A stretch of DNA of 64,000 nucleotides. Origin: an uncultured Planctomycetota bacterium. Its GTDB lineage: Bacteria; Planctomycetota; Planctomycetia; Gemmatales; Gemmataceae. The notes below the pieces were generated by a model. That model ran no database searches. It was not told the origin of the DNA and saw only the letters and a list, made by a program, of their open reading frames with translations. Below are positions 10,872 through 19,467 of this stretch, in pieces (the stretch's first letter is position 1; each line of letters opens with the position of its first letter). The stretch covers positions 200,853-264,852 of the forward strand of contig CAWATZ010000006.1 of the NCBI GenBank assembly GCA_963784995.1, read 5' to 3'. The translations under genes and the position numbers were made by a program.

Positions 10872-11050
10872 CAATCGAAGCCGGCCTGCCTGCCCTGCCG
10901 GCCACTTTGCTGGGAATGGCGGAGACGCCGGAAGCAGTCCGGCATTGTCCCACAGATGCCAGGAAGGGGCATTTCGGCGCGTGCCTGCCACGCGCCAGGG
11001 TATTCGGGAGGGGCTGGCGTTCAAGCTGCCTCGCTGTCAATCCGTGCCAG
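10872..11050 (+). repeat. Conserved noncoding element, copy 1 (candidate structured RNA or cis-regulatory leader)
   Basis: About 80% identical to the reverse complement of 44925-45105. Both copies carry a hairpin at the same position with different stem sequences (gccgga/tccggc here, gccagag/ctctggc in copy 2). Confidence 0.45.
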
Positions 11051-11117
11051 CCAGCAGCAAGGGCAGGCACGGTCCATTCGGAGTGGCTGCGATCCCTTGT
11101 TGCTTCCCAATCCCGAT

Positions 11118-11214
11118 GGCCGAACGCCAAGGATTCGATCCGAACTGCCGGCAGACACCGCGACCGTCTGCCAAGCCGGATCGGCAGTTCGGATCGAATC
11201 CTTGGCGTTCGGCC
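11118..11214. repeat. Perfect 33-bp inverted repeat (hairpin) with a 31-nt loop that holds a nested 6-bp hairpin; lies at the 3' end of the CPBP gene
   Basis: Arm 11118-11150 ggccgaacgccaaggattcgatccgaactgccg is the exact reverse complement of arm 11182-11214. The loop contains gcagac...gtctgc. Confidence 0.8.
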
Positions 11215-11221
11215 CGGTTTA

Positions 11222-11911
11222 TCAGGAGTAACCCATCACTGCAACGATATCGAATAATGCGTGCAGACAGATCCCAGGCACCAAGCTCCCTTGCCACAAG
11301 AAAAGGCCAGCAAAGAGCAGCCCGACAACGAAATAGACTGGGAACAGAACCAGCCCAGCGATGCCATGGACAAAGACGAATGCCAGCGTCGCCAAGCCGA
11401 CGGCCCGCCAAGTGCGCATGCCACGCCCCTTCAGGAGACGGATGCTGAACCCGCGGTAAACCAACTCCTCGCAAAACCCCGCAGTGAAACTCATGAAGAT
11501 CCAGAACACTCGTTCGCCCAAAGTATTCGGGGACATCCCCGAGCGCTCCGATAATGGTCCATCGTTGGCGGCCGGGCTTTCGTGCAGGAGAATCAAGGCG
11601 AGACCGGCTACGAGGGGGATTCCAACCATCGCTGCGACGCGGACCGCCGAGAGATCAAGCCCGATGTCGTCCAGTCGCCCGCCTGCCCGCTTGAGAAGCA
11701 CGACGATCAAGGCAACGCTGCCCCAGTGAAGCAGAGCAATCGAGGCCCAGAACGACAGGTAGAATGCGTGGTTGCGCCGGAACCAGAGGCCGACCGACCA
11801 AGGTAAGAAGCTGTTGGCCAGGTAGAGGATCGGTAGCCCGACGAACACGAGCAGCACCTGCCAATGGGGTAAGCTCGTCGCAAACGTCGGAGCGGGTTCC
11901 TTTGTGGCCAT
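11222..11911 (-). CDS. CPBP family intramembrane metalloprotease (CAAX-protease-like)
   Basis: Polytopic membrane protein with the EELVYRG and FxxxH motifs. Confidence 0.8.
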   Translation of the reverse strand: MATKEPAPTFATSLPHWQVLLVFVGLPILYLANSFLPWSVGLWFRRNHAFYLSFWASIALLHWGSVALIVVLLKRAGGRLDDIGLDLSAVRVAAMVGIPLVAGLALILLHESPAANDGPLSERSGMSPNTLGERVFWIFMSFTAGFCEELVYRGFSIRLLKGRGMRTWRAVGLATLAFVFVHGIAGLVLFPVYFVVGLLFAGLFLWQGSLVPGICLHALFDIVAVMGYS

Positions 11912-11960
11912 CTTGAAGCCTCCCAGGGCCGAATAGGGCGTTCAGCCTTTGCCGAGACCG

Positions 11961-12869
11961 TCAGCGCGGCCGCAGCGGCACGTAGACGTCCGTCACCAAG
12001 TCCTCGGGAGGGGTCTCCCGCAGCGAATTGCGAAAGACGACGAACCCCTGGCAATCGGCCGGCTCCCGACCGCTCTGCGGCAGCCAGTCCCCGTACAGGC
12101 GGTCGTACATTTCGTACAGGCCCTCGTAGGGGCCCTTGTGGGTGACGACCGCGTACTCGCCGGCGGGAAGTTCCTGCTTGCCGATCTCCCCCTCCGGCTG
12201 AAAGGGCCGGTCAGTGGAGATGCAGGCATCGTAGCGGAGCTTGTCCCTCGCCGTGACTTCCGGGTTGTCACGGCTAATGCCCACCTTGAGGCTGCGCGGA
12301 CCCAATAGGCCGCGCGCCTTGGCCCAGGTCAGGAGTTTCTCCCAGGCCTTCGCGATTGACTCAGTTTCGTAGGGGCCGATGTGCCGGATGAAAGCGACCG
12401 TCATCGGCGCCATGGTCTGAATGCGGACATCCATCGGGGGACCTCCTCGTTGCACGGGTTTGAAATCTTCCAACCTCCCTTCGGGGAGGTAGCGAACTCG
12501 GGACGGGGCGAGCGAGCGGACCCGCTCGCGCTGCCGCTTGCGGTAGCCTGAGGGCGAGGTGCCGAAGAGCGCCCGGAACGCCCGGGTGAAGGACTCGTGG
12601 GTCTCGTAGCCGGCGTCGAAAGCGATGCCGGTGACCGGCTGGTTGCTGAACAGGAGCCGGTGCGCCGCCCGCTCCAGGCGCAGCCGGCGGACGTGTTCTT
12701 GGACAGACTCGCCGACCATCGCCCCGAAAATGTAGTGAAAGTGATGCGGCGAGAAGCGCGCAACGCGGGCCAGGTCTTCCAACGACAAGGCCTCGTCCAG
12801 GTGCTCTTGAATATGCACCAGGACCCGCAAGACTCGCTCTGTGTACGTCCGCTCGGTCTCGGATCGCAT
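11961..12869 (-). CDS. AraC-family transcriptional regulator with a GyrI-like effector-binding domain
   Basis: N-terminal AraC HTH (FSPHHFHYIFGAMVGESVQEHVRRLRLERAA, HESFTRAFRALFGTSP). C-terminal GyrI-like domain. Confidence 0.8.
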   Translation of the reverse strand: MRSETERTYTERVLRVLVHIQEHLDEALSLEDLARVARFSPHHFHYIFGAMVGESVQEHVRRLRLERAAHRLLFSNQPVTGIAFDAGYETHESFTRAFRALFGTSPSGYRKRQRERVRSLAPSRVRYLPEGRLEDFKPVQRGGPPMDVRIQTMAPMTVAFIRHIGPYETESIAKAWEKLLTWAKARGLLGPRSLKVGISRDNPEVTARDKLRYDACISTDRPFQPEGEIGKQELPAGEYAVVTHKGPYEGLYEMYDRLYGDWLPQSGREPADCQGFVVFRNSLRETPPEDLVTDVYVPLRPR

Positions 12870-12989
12870 CGTCTCCTCCTTGTTCCAGATTATGCCGCCC
12901 GCGTGGTTGGTCTGCTTGACGGTTTTTCCGAAGTTGATCGTTGCTGGCCCGTCGAACCAGGAGGACTGGTGGCCAGGTCGAGAGGAGAA

Positions 12990-13058
12990 AGAGGAGAAAG
13001 GGGACGCATCTCAATAATACATCCTATTCAATTTGTGTTATTGAGATGTGCCCCCCCC
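12990..13058. promoter_or_regulatory. Conserved AT-rich inverted-repeat motif upstream of DUF4058 copy 1
   Basis: gagaaagg..acgcatctcaataa-N20-ttattgagatg. An 11-bp IR in an unusually AT-rich stretch about 100 nt upstream of the start. A near-identical motif sits at 13925-13990. Confidence 0.5.
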
Positions 13059-13157
13059 TTTTGCCTTGCCCCTGCCTGTCCCCCGTTTTCCCTTGTCCCG
13101 AGCTGCTGGGACTGACCGCGCGCGGGATCGTTTAGAATCACTGGGAGGAGAATAGCC

Positions 13158-13887
13158 ATGCCGCTTCGCAACCATTTCCGCGCCTCCGGTGTCTAAACGT
13201 GCCTCATGGGAAGGGTTTCACGTTCAGTGGCCCGCCATGATCGTCCAGCACTTGAGCTTCGTCTTGCCCGACGGCTACGTGGCTGAACCGCGCGTCCATC
13301 TCGGTCCCTACTTCGAGATAGTGACGGCGTTCGAGCGCGCGCAGCCACAGACCGCGACCGCAGCCGCTGGGGATGGCGGCGTTGCCACTGTCGCCTGGAG
13401 CGCGACGCAGCCGCTCCTGGACGTCGAGGCTGATTGGCCGGACCAATACGAGTACGAAGTGCTCGTCTTCGACCAGGAACGCGACCGGCGTCTGGTGGCG
13501 GCGGTGGAGCTGGTCAGTCCAGCGAACAAAGACCGGCCGGAATCGCGGCGGGCCTTGGTGACCAGGTGCGCTGCCCTCCTGCGCCAGGGGGTCGGCGTCG
13601 CCCTCGTGGACCTGGTGACGGTCCGCCGGTTCAACCTCTATGCCGAGCTGCTCGAATGGATCGGGCAAAACGACCCAGCACTGGGGGAGGAGCCCCCGGC
13701 GACTTATGCCGCTGCGCTGCGGTTTCAGAAGCCCGCGCAGCGCACGCATTTGCAAACTTGGGCGTATCCCCTGGTCATCGGCCAGCCGTTGCCGACGCTG
13801 CCGCTCTGGTTGTCGGCTGACCGCAGTATACCCCTGGACTTGGAGGCGAGCTACGAGGACACGTGCCGCCTGCTGCGGATCGCGTGA
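13158..13887 (+). CDS. DUF4058 family protein (PD-(D/E)XK-like fold), copy 1; apparent frameshift at about 13190 right after the start
   Basis: ATG 13158 encodes MPLRNHFRAS, matching the paralog's MPLRDHFRPP, then hits a stop. The body continues in the next frame from GTG 13189. Motif LVSPANKDRPESRR...GVGVALVDLVT. Confidence 0.6.
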
Positions 13888-13924
13888 GACACGAACAGGT
13901 GAACAGCCGGGCCGGTAGAACGGG

Positions 13925-13990
13925 GGGAGAAAGGACGACGCATCTCCAATCACACAATTCGGTCAATTCGTATGATGTGAGATGCGTTTC
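13925..13990. promoter_or_regulatory. Conserved inverted-repeat motif upstream of DUF4058 copy 2
   Basis: gagaaaggacgacgcatctccaat...gtatgatgtgagatgcg. Same architecture and spacing (about 90 nt to the start) as the motif at 12990. Confidence 0.5.
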
Positions 13991-14076
13991 CTTTGTTCTC
14001 GAGGCGACGGCCGCCCCGATGCCACAAGAGAAGAAGTGAGGGCAATCGTGACACAATGGTGGCGAAGGAGGTTCCC

Positions 14077-14808
14077 ATGCCGCTCCGCGATCATTTTCGA
14101 CCCCCGGTGAGTACCCGTGTTTCCTGGGAGGAAATTCATGGCATGTGGCCGGCCCGGATTGTGTTGCAGTTGCACACCGTCCTTCCAAAAGGCTATGTTG
14201 CAGGGCCGAAAATCCACGCCGGTTCGCAAGTCGAAATCGATGTGGCAACATTCGAGCAAGAGGATGCGCCGCGTCTAGAAAGTTCCGAGGAAGATGGCGG
14301 CGCAGCGACCGCTGCCTGGGCGCCGCCCGAGCCGACCGTTGCCGTCGAGACCGAGGTGCCGGATTACGATGAGTACGAGGTCCGCATCTATGACGCGGAA
14401 CGCGGGCGTCGGCTCGTGGCCGCGATCAAGCTGGTCAGTCCGGGGAACAAAGATCGGCCGGAGAAGCGCAACGCCTTCGTCGGCAAATGCGCGGCTCTGC
14501 TCCAAAAGGGGGTTGCCGTCAGCATCATCGACGTGGTTACGCCACGACAATTCAATCTCTATGCCGAGCTGTTGCAGTTTGTGGGACAGAACGACCCGAC
14601 CCTGGGCGAGCCGCTGCCGCATCTCTACGCCACGTCGTGTCGATGGCGGCCACAGGACAAGCGGATGCTGCTGCAAACCTGGTCGTACCCGCTCACGTTG
14701 GGTCATCCGTTGCCCACACTTCCGCTGTGGCTGACGGGGAAGCTGGCGATTCCCCTGGACCTGGAGCAGAGCTACGAACAGGCATGCCGCGATTTGTGGC
14801 TCACCTGA
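14077..14808 (+). CDS. DUF4058 family protein, copy 2 (intact)
   Basis: MPLRDHFRPPVS...LVSPGNKDRPEKRNAFVGKCAALLQKGVAVSIIDVVT. About 55% identical to copy 1. Confidence 0.65.
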   Translation: MPLRDHFRPPVSTRVSWEEIHGMWPARIVLQLHTVLPKGYVAGPKIHAGSQVEIDVATFEQEDAPRLESSEEDGGAATAAWAPPEPTVAVETEVPDYDEYEVRIYDAERGRRLVAAIKLVSPGNKDRPEKRNAFVGKCAALLQKGVAVSIIDVVTPRQFNLYAELLQFVGQNDPTLGEPLPHLYATSCRWRPQDKRMLLQTWSYPLTLGHPLPTLPLWLTGKLAIPLDLEQSYEQACRDLWLT

Positions 14809-14902
14809 GCCCGGCAGAGGCTCGGACATTCCCAGCTCCCTCTTGCGATCCCGCGTCAGGATGCGATAATAAGCTCTACCTGACCCTCCTGGAGTATCCT
14901 GC

Positions 14903-17900
14903 ATGAAACGCATCCTTCCGGCCCTTGCGCTGTGGCTCGCTGCCGCTTCCTGGTTTGTCGCCGCCGATCGTCCCGCACCGACCAAGCCGGATGCGTCCGG
15001 CCCGAAAGTCCAGCAGGTCCAACTCAACGGCCACACCTTTACCCTTCCCGAGGGGTTCGAGATCGAGGTGGCCGCCGGGCCGCCGCTGGTCGATCGGCCA
15101 ATCACGGCCGCCTTCGATGAGCAGGGCCGGCTCTACGTCGCCGACTCGTCCGGCTCCAACGAGAAGACGACCATCCAGCTTCAGAAGAAACCTCACCGCA
15201 TCGTCCGGCTCGAAGACAGCGACGGCGACGGCAAGTTCGACACCCGCGTTGTCTTCGCCGACCAGATGATGTTTCCCGAAGGGACGATGTGGTTTGCCGG
15301 CTCGCTCTACGTCGCGGCCCCGCCGAGCATCTGGAAGCTCACCGACACCGACGGCGACGGCAAGGCGGATCAGTGCCAGGAATGGTTCGAGGGCAAGACG
15401 CTGACTGGCTGCGCCAACGACCTGCACGGCCCCTACCTCGGCCCCGATGGCTGGGTCTACTGGGCCAAGGGGGCCTTTGCTCAACAAACGTATGAGCGGC
15501 CGGGGAAGAAGCCATTCAAGACGCGCGCCTCGCACCTCTTCCGCTGCCGGCCCGACGGCTCCGGGCTGGAGCCGGTCATGACCGGCGGCATGGACAACCC
15601 CATCGACGTGGTCTTCACTCCCGGCGGCGAGCGGATCTTTTCGACCACCTTCTTCCAGCACCCCGCTGACGGCAAGCGTGATGGTCTGATCCATGCCGCT
15701 TACGGTGCCGTTTACGGCAAGGACCATGCCCCCGTCCACGAACACCCCTGGACGTCGCCGGCGCTGATGCCGGTGCTGACGCACTTCGGCCCCGCCGCCC
15801 CGGCTGGCCTGCACCGCTACCAGTCCACCACGTTCGGTCCGGAGTACGCCGACAACCTGTTCGCCGTCCAGTTCAACCTGCGCAAGGTCAGCCGGCACGT
15901 GCTGACCCTGGAGGGAGCCACTTTTCGGAGCCAGGACGTCGATTTCCTCGTCTCAAACAACCACGACTTCCACCCGACGGACGTGATCGAGGACGCCGAT
16001 GGCAGCCTGCTGGTCGTCGATACCGGCGGCTGGTACAAGCTCTGCTGTCCCACGTCGCAGCTGGTCAAACCGGACGTGCTGGGTGCGGTTTATCGCATTC
16101 GCAAGAAGGGATCGCCGAAGGTCGAAGATCCGCGCGGGCTGAAGCTGCGCTGGAAGGACCTCGCGGTCGCCGAACTGGCCCGGCTCCTGGACGATCCCCG
16201 GCCTGCCGTGCGGCAGCGGGCGATTGAGACCCTTGCCGGCAAGGGACGCGAGGCGGCCCCGGCACTGCTGGGCGTCGCGGAAAACAAGACCAGCACGGTC
16301 GAGGCCCGTCGCAACGCTGTCTGGGCCTCGTGCTGGATTGACGAGCCGCTGCTGCGCTCCGTCGCCCGCACCGCCCTGGCCGATCGTGACGAGTCGGTGC
16401 GTCAGGTCGCCCTGCACGTGATCAGCGTCCGACGCGATGGCGAGGCCACTCCGAAGCTGGAGCGAGTCCTGAAGCAGGGCACGGCCCACAACCGCCGGGC
16501 CGCCGCTGAAGCGCTGGGCCGGATCGGGAACGGTTCAGCCGTGCCAGCCATTCTCGAAGCGCTGGCCGACGAGACCAACGATCGCTTTCTCGACCACTCG
16601 CTGACCTACGCGCTGCTGGAGATCGCTGCTCCGGAACGAACGGCAGCTGGCCTCAAGAGCCCGAATCCGCGCGTTCGTCGGGCCGTCCTGACCGCCCTCG
16701 ACCAGATGGAGGGTGGCAAGGTTGACGTGAAAACGGTCGCGGCCGAGATGACCTCACGGAACGAGCCTCTGAAGGAAACGGCGGCGTGGATCGCGGGCCG
16801 GCATCCGGAGTGGGGCGGCGAGCTGGCCGGCCACTTCCGCGATCGGCTGGCCGCCAAGGAGACCGACGCCGGGCGCGAAGACCTGGCCCGGCAGCTTTCG
16901 CGCTTTGCCGGCAACGAGGCGATCCAGACCCTGCTGGCCGATTGCGTGCAGAAAGCGGCCGGCTCGGCGGGAGCCTCGCCCTCCCTGCCGGCCCGGACGG
17001 CCCTCCGCGCCATGGCCGGGGCCCGGATCAAGCAGGCTCCGGAACGCTGGCTGACCGCGCTGACCGCCGCTCTCGCCAGCGCCGACGCGGACCTGGTGCG
17101 CGAGGCCATCCTGACGGTCCGGGCCTTGCCCCTCAAGACCATGCCGCAGTCACTCAGCAACGCCCTGGTCCGGATCGGCAAGGACGAGCGCCGGCCCGAG
17201 ACGACGCGGCTTTCCGCCCTGGCCGCGGTCCCGCCCGGATTGCTGAAGGTCGAGAACGGCCTGCTCGACTTCCTGCTGGCCCGGCTGGATCGCGAGCAGC
17301 CGGTAGCCCCCCGCTCCGCGGCCGTGGAGGTGCTGACGCGATCCGACCTCACGGCGGAGCAGCGGATTCGCCTGGCCGGTGCGCTCAAGACGACCGGACC
17401 GATGGAGGTCGGCCGGCTGCTCGACGCCTTTGCGCGAACGACTGACGAGAAAGTCGGGCTGGCCCTGATCGTCGCCCTGAACGATCCGGCCGTGCGAGCG
17501 GGATTGCGCACCGAGGCGGTCAAACCACGTCTGGAGAAGTACGGCCCCGCCGTGCAGAAGGATGCGGCCAAGCTGTACGCGACCCTGGACAGCGCCCTGG
17601 TCGGCCAGCGGGCGAAGCTGGAGCAGATGCTGGGGTCGATGAAGAACGGTGACATTCGCCGGGGACAGCTGGTCTTCAACAGCACCAAGACGGCGTGTGC
17701 GTCGTGTCACAAGATCGGCTACGTCGGCGGCACAGTCGGCCCCGACCTGACGCGAATCGGGAAGATCCGCAACGAGCGCGACCTGCTGGAGTCGATCGTC
17801 TTTCCGAGCGTCAGTTTTGTCCGCAGTTACGAGCCGGTCAACGTCACCACCAAGGCGGGCAAGCAGCTCAACGGCCTGATCCGCCGGGACAACCCGGACG

Positions 17901-18064
17901 AGATCGTGCTGGCCCTCAGCGGCACCGAGGAGGTCCGCATCAGCCGCAACGACATCGAGGAGATGCACCCCAGCACGCTTTCGATCATGCCCGCCGGGCT
18001 TGACCAGCAACTGACGCTCCAGGAACTCGCCGACCTGGTGGCGTTCTTGAAGGCGTGTCAGTAG
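14903..18064 (+). CDS. PVC-type membrane-bound dehydrogenase-domain / HEAT-repeat / cytochrome c (CxxCH) protein
   Basis: Signal peptide. N-terminal beta-propeller dehydrogenase-like domain (TIGR02604-like). Central HEAT repeats. C-terminal CASCHKIGYVGGTVGPDL heme-binding motif (TIGR02603-like). Confidence 0.8.
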   Translation: MKRILPALALWLAAASWFVAADRPAPTKPDASGPKVQQVQLNGHTFTLPEGFEIEVAAGPPLVDRPITAAFDEQGRLYVADSSGSNEKTTIQLQKKPHRIVRLEDSDGDGKFDTRVVFADQMMFPEGTMWFAGSLYVAAPPSIWKLTDTDGDGKADQCQEWFEGKTLTGCANDLHGPYLGPDGWVYWAKGAFAQQTYERPGKKPFKTRASHLFRCRPDGSGLEPVMTGGMDNPIDVVFTPGGERIFSTTFFQHPADGKRDGLIHAAYGAVYGKDHAPVHEHPWTSPALMPVLTHFGPAAPAGLHRYQSTTFGPEYADNLFAVQFNLRKVSRHVLTLEGATFRSQDVDFLVSNNHDFHPTDVIEDADGSLLVVDTGGWYKLCCPTSQLVKPDVLGAVYRIRKKGSPKVEDPRGLKLRWKDLAVAELARLLDDPRPAVRQRAIETLAGKGREAAPALLGVAENKTSTVEARRNAVWASCWIDEPLLRSVARTALADRDESVRQVALHVISVRRDGEATPKLERVLKQGTAHNRRAAAEALGRIGNGSAVPAILEALADETNDRFLDHSLTYALLEIAAPERTAAGLKSPNPRVRRAVLTALDQMEGGKVDVKTVAAEMTSRNEPLKETAAWIAGRHPEWGGELAGHFRDRLAAKETDAGREDLARQLSRFAGNEAIQTLLADCVQKAAGSAGASPSLPARTALRAMAGARIKQAPERWLTALTAALASADADLVREAILTVRALPLKTMPQSLSNALVRIGKDERRPETTRLSALAAVPPGLLKVENGLLDFLLARLDREQPVAPRSAAVEVLTRSDLTAEQRIRLAGALKTTGPMEVGRLLDAFARTTDEKVGLALIVALNDPAVRAGLRTEAVKPRLEKYGPAVQKDAAKLYATLDSALVGQRAKLEQMLGSMKNGDIRRGQLVFNSTKTACASCHKIGYVGGTVGPDLTRIGKIRNERDLLESIVFPSVSFVRSYEPVNVTTKAGKQLNGLIRRDNPDEIVLALSGTEEVRISRNDIEEMHPSTLSIMPAGLDQQLTLQELADLVAFLKACQ

Positions 18065-18076
18065 AGGTGGGCCGAC

Positions 18077-18115
18077 GCAGCGAGGCCCACCGCGAACCCC
18101 GGTGGGCCTCGCTGC
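18077..18115. terminator. GC-rich hairpin (15-bp stem, 9-nt loop) between two convergent genes
   Basis: gcagcgaggcccacc gcgaacccc ggtgggcctcgctgc starts 13 nt after the TAG at 18064. No U-tract. Confidence 0.5.
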
Positions 18116-18154
18116 GCTCGGCCCACCCTACGGGGCCACTTGGCCATTCGGTAG

Positions 18155-19372
18155 CTATCCGGCGAACGAAAGCGTCTGATACGCCTGGCCGTCCGGAGGT
18201 CCGGGCGCGACCAGCATTTGCGGCTTGTCCGCAAGCACCATGATCGTGGACGCGAAGGTGCAAACCTCCTTCGCGTTCTTGTACGGCCGGCAGACCGGAT
18301 GCTCGGCGACATCCTTCGCCGTGAGCGTTGCCTGGATGAGCTTCACCGTTCCCTCGTCTCCCTCCTTGCTCAGACGCTCACGCACCGACTGGAGCCGGGC
18401 CGCGCTGTTCGCCTGTGCCTTGTCCAGCTCCTTCTGTTTCCGCAGCAGTTCCCGATAGGCCGGCGTGTAATCGTCGCTGCTCAGCGGATGATTGGTGTGC
18501 CAGACCACACCGGGCCGGGCCTTCGGCGTCCACGGAGCGACCTTGCCGGCCGAGCACTCCACGTCCTGGACCTTGTCCCGGTCGCCGATGATATAGTTCT
18601 GCCCCGAGGCGTGCTTGACGTCGTGGAGGAACTTCAGGGCGGCCTGCCACGGTTGGCTGCCGCAAGACTCCCCGCACCACGCACGCCACCGGCAGGCCGT
18701 CCTGGCAGTGGGCCAACTGGCTCAGCGTGTTGCAGCAGATCCCCAGCGAGCGATTGTTCATCCCGTTCAACGCGATCAGTCCCGGATGGGTCAGCACGAG
18801 GCATTCATGTTTGGAATCGGCGTCCTTGATGCGCAAGACCGTCACGAAGCCGGAGCGGAAGCCCTCCAGGTCCATGTTCTGAGCAACGCAGGCCGGCTGA
18901 TCGCCGCGCCGGCCGATCCCCAGGGCGCTGCAATGCTCGCCGGCAACCCCCGGCCCATAGATCCAGTACTCGTCGATCAGCTGAAAGACCAGCATGGTGT
19001 CGAAGTCCAGGTCGGCGCCCGGGCGATGCCCCGAATCTCGTCGATCAGCTCCGGCGTCCACTTCTTCATCGCGGGGAGGTAATCGGTCTGCTGGAGGAAC
19101 TTCTTGACAAAGCTGTCGGCCGGCATCCGATAGCGCTGGGCGAGGTCGGCCTGCCAGACCTTGACGAGCGCCTGGATCGGCTCCTTCAGCTGCTTGCCGT
19201 GGCTCAGGCCGCGCTCGGTCGGAGAGCCTTCCAGCGTCACCACCCGGAGGCGATTCGGCTCCTTCGGCTCGGCGGAGGCGACGCCTGGCCGGCCGGCAAG
19301 CCACATCCCCAGAGCCGCGGAGGCCGATCCCTTGAGGAAGCCGCGCCGATTGGTTTTGCTCATGGTCTGCAA
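18155..19372 (-). pseudogene. C45-family peptidase / acyltransferase-like protein with a Tat signal, broken by two frameshifts (near 19015-19030 and 18650-18670)
   Basis: Three ORFs in three frames (18977-19372, the middle of 18378-19616, and 18155-18562) join into one protein. MQTMSKTNRRGFLKGS Tat motif ... NGMNNRSLGICCNTL ... HASGQNYIIGD. Confidence 0.45.
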
Positions 19373-19467
19373 ACTCCTCGGAAACTGCGAGCGAACCGGG
19401 CCCGCGGATGGTACAGTATACCTCCGGCGCCGGCCTGGCCAGCGATCCGATCCGGAGGTTTCGACTC

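Noticed and set aside
11182-11214. tRNA-like T-loop sequence ggatcgaatcc
   Set aside because: It is part of a perfect 33-bp inverted repeat. No acceptor stem, anticodon arm or D arm can be folded, so it is not a tRNA.
10745-11257. 170-aa ORF spanning conserved noncoding element copy 1 and the 33-bp hairpin, as a possible small protein
   Set aside because: Not adopted as a CDS. The conserved peptide segment is short, the ORF runs through a perfect palindrome, and the ORF boundaries differ completely between the two copies. It is kept as an alternative explanation in the findings.
16606-17688. 360-aa minus-strand ORF inside the large dehydrogenase/HEAT gene
   Set aside because: Ser/Arg/Ala-rich shadow ORF in GC-rich coding DNA.
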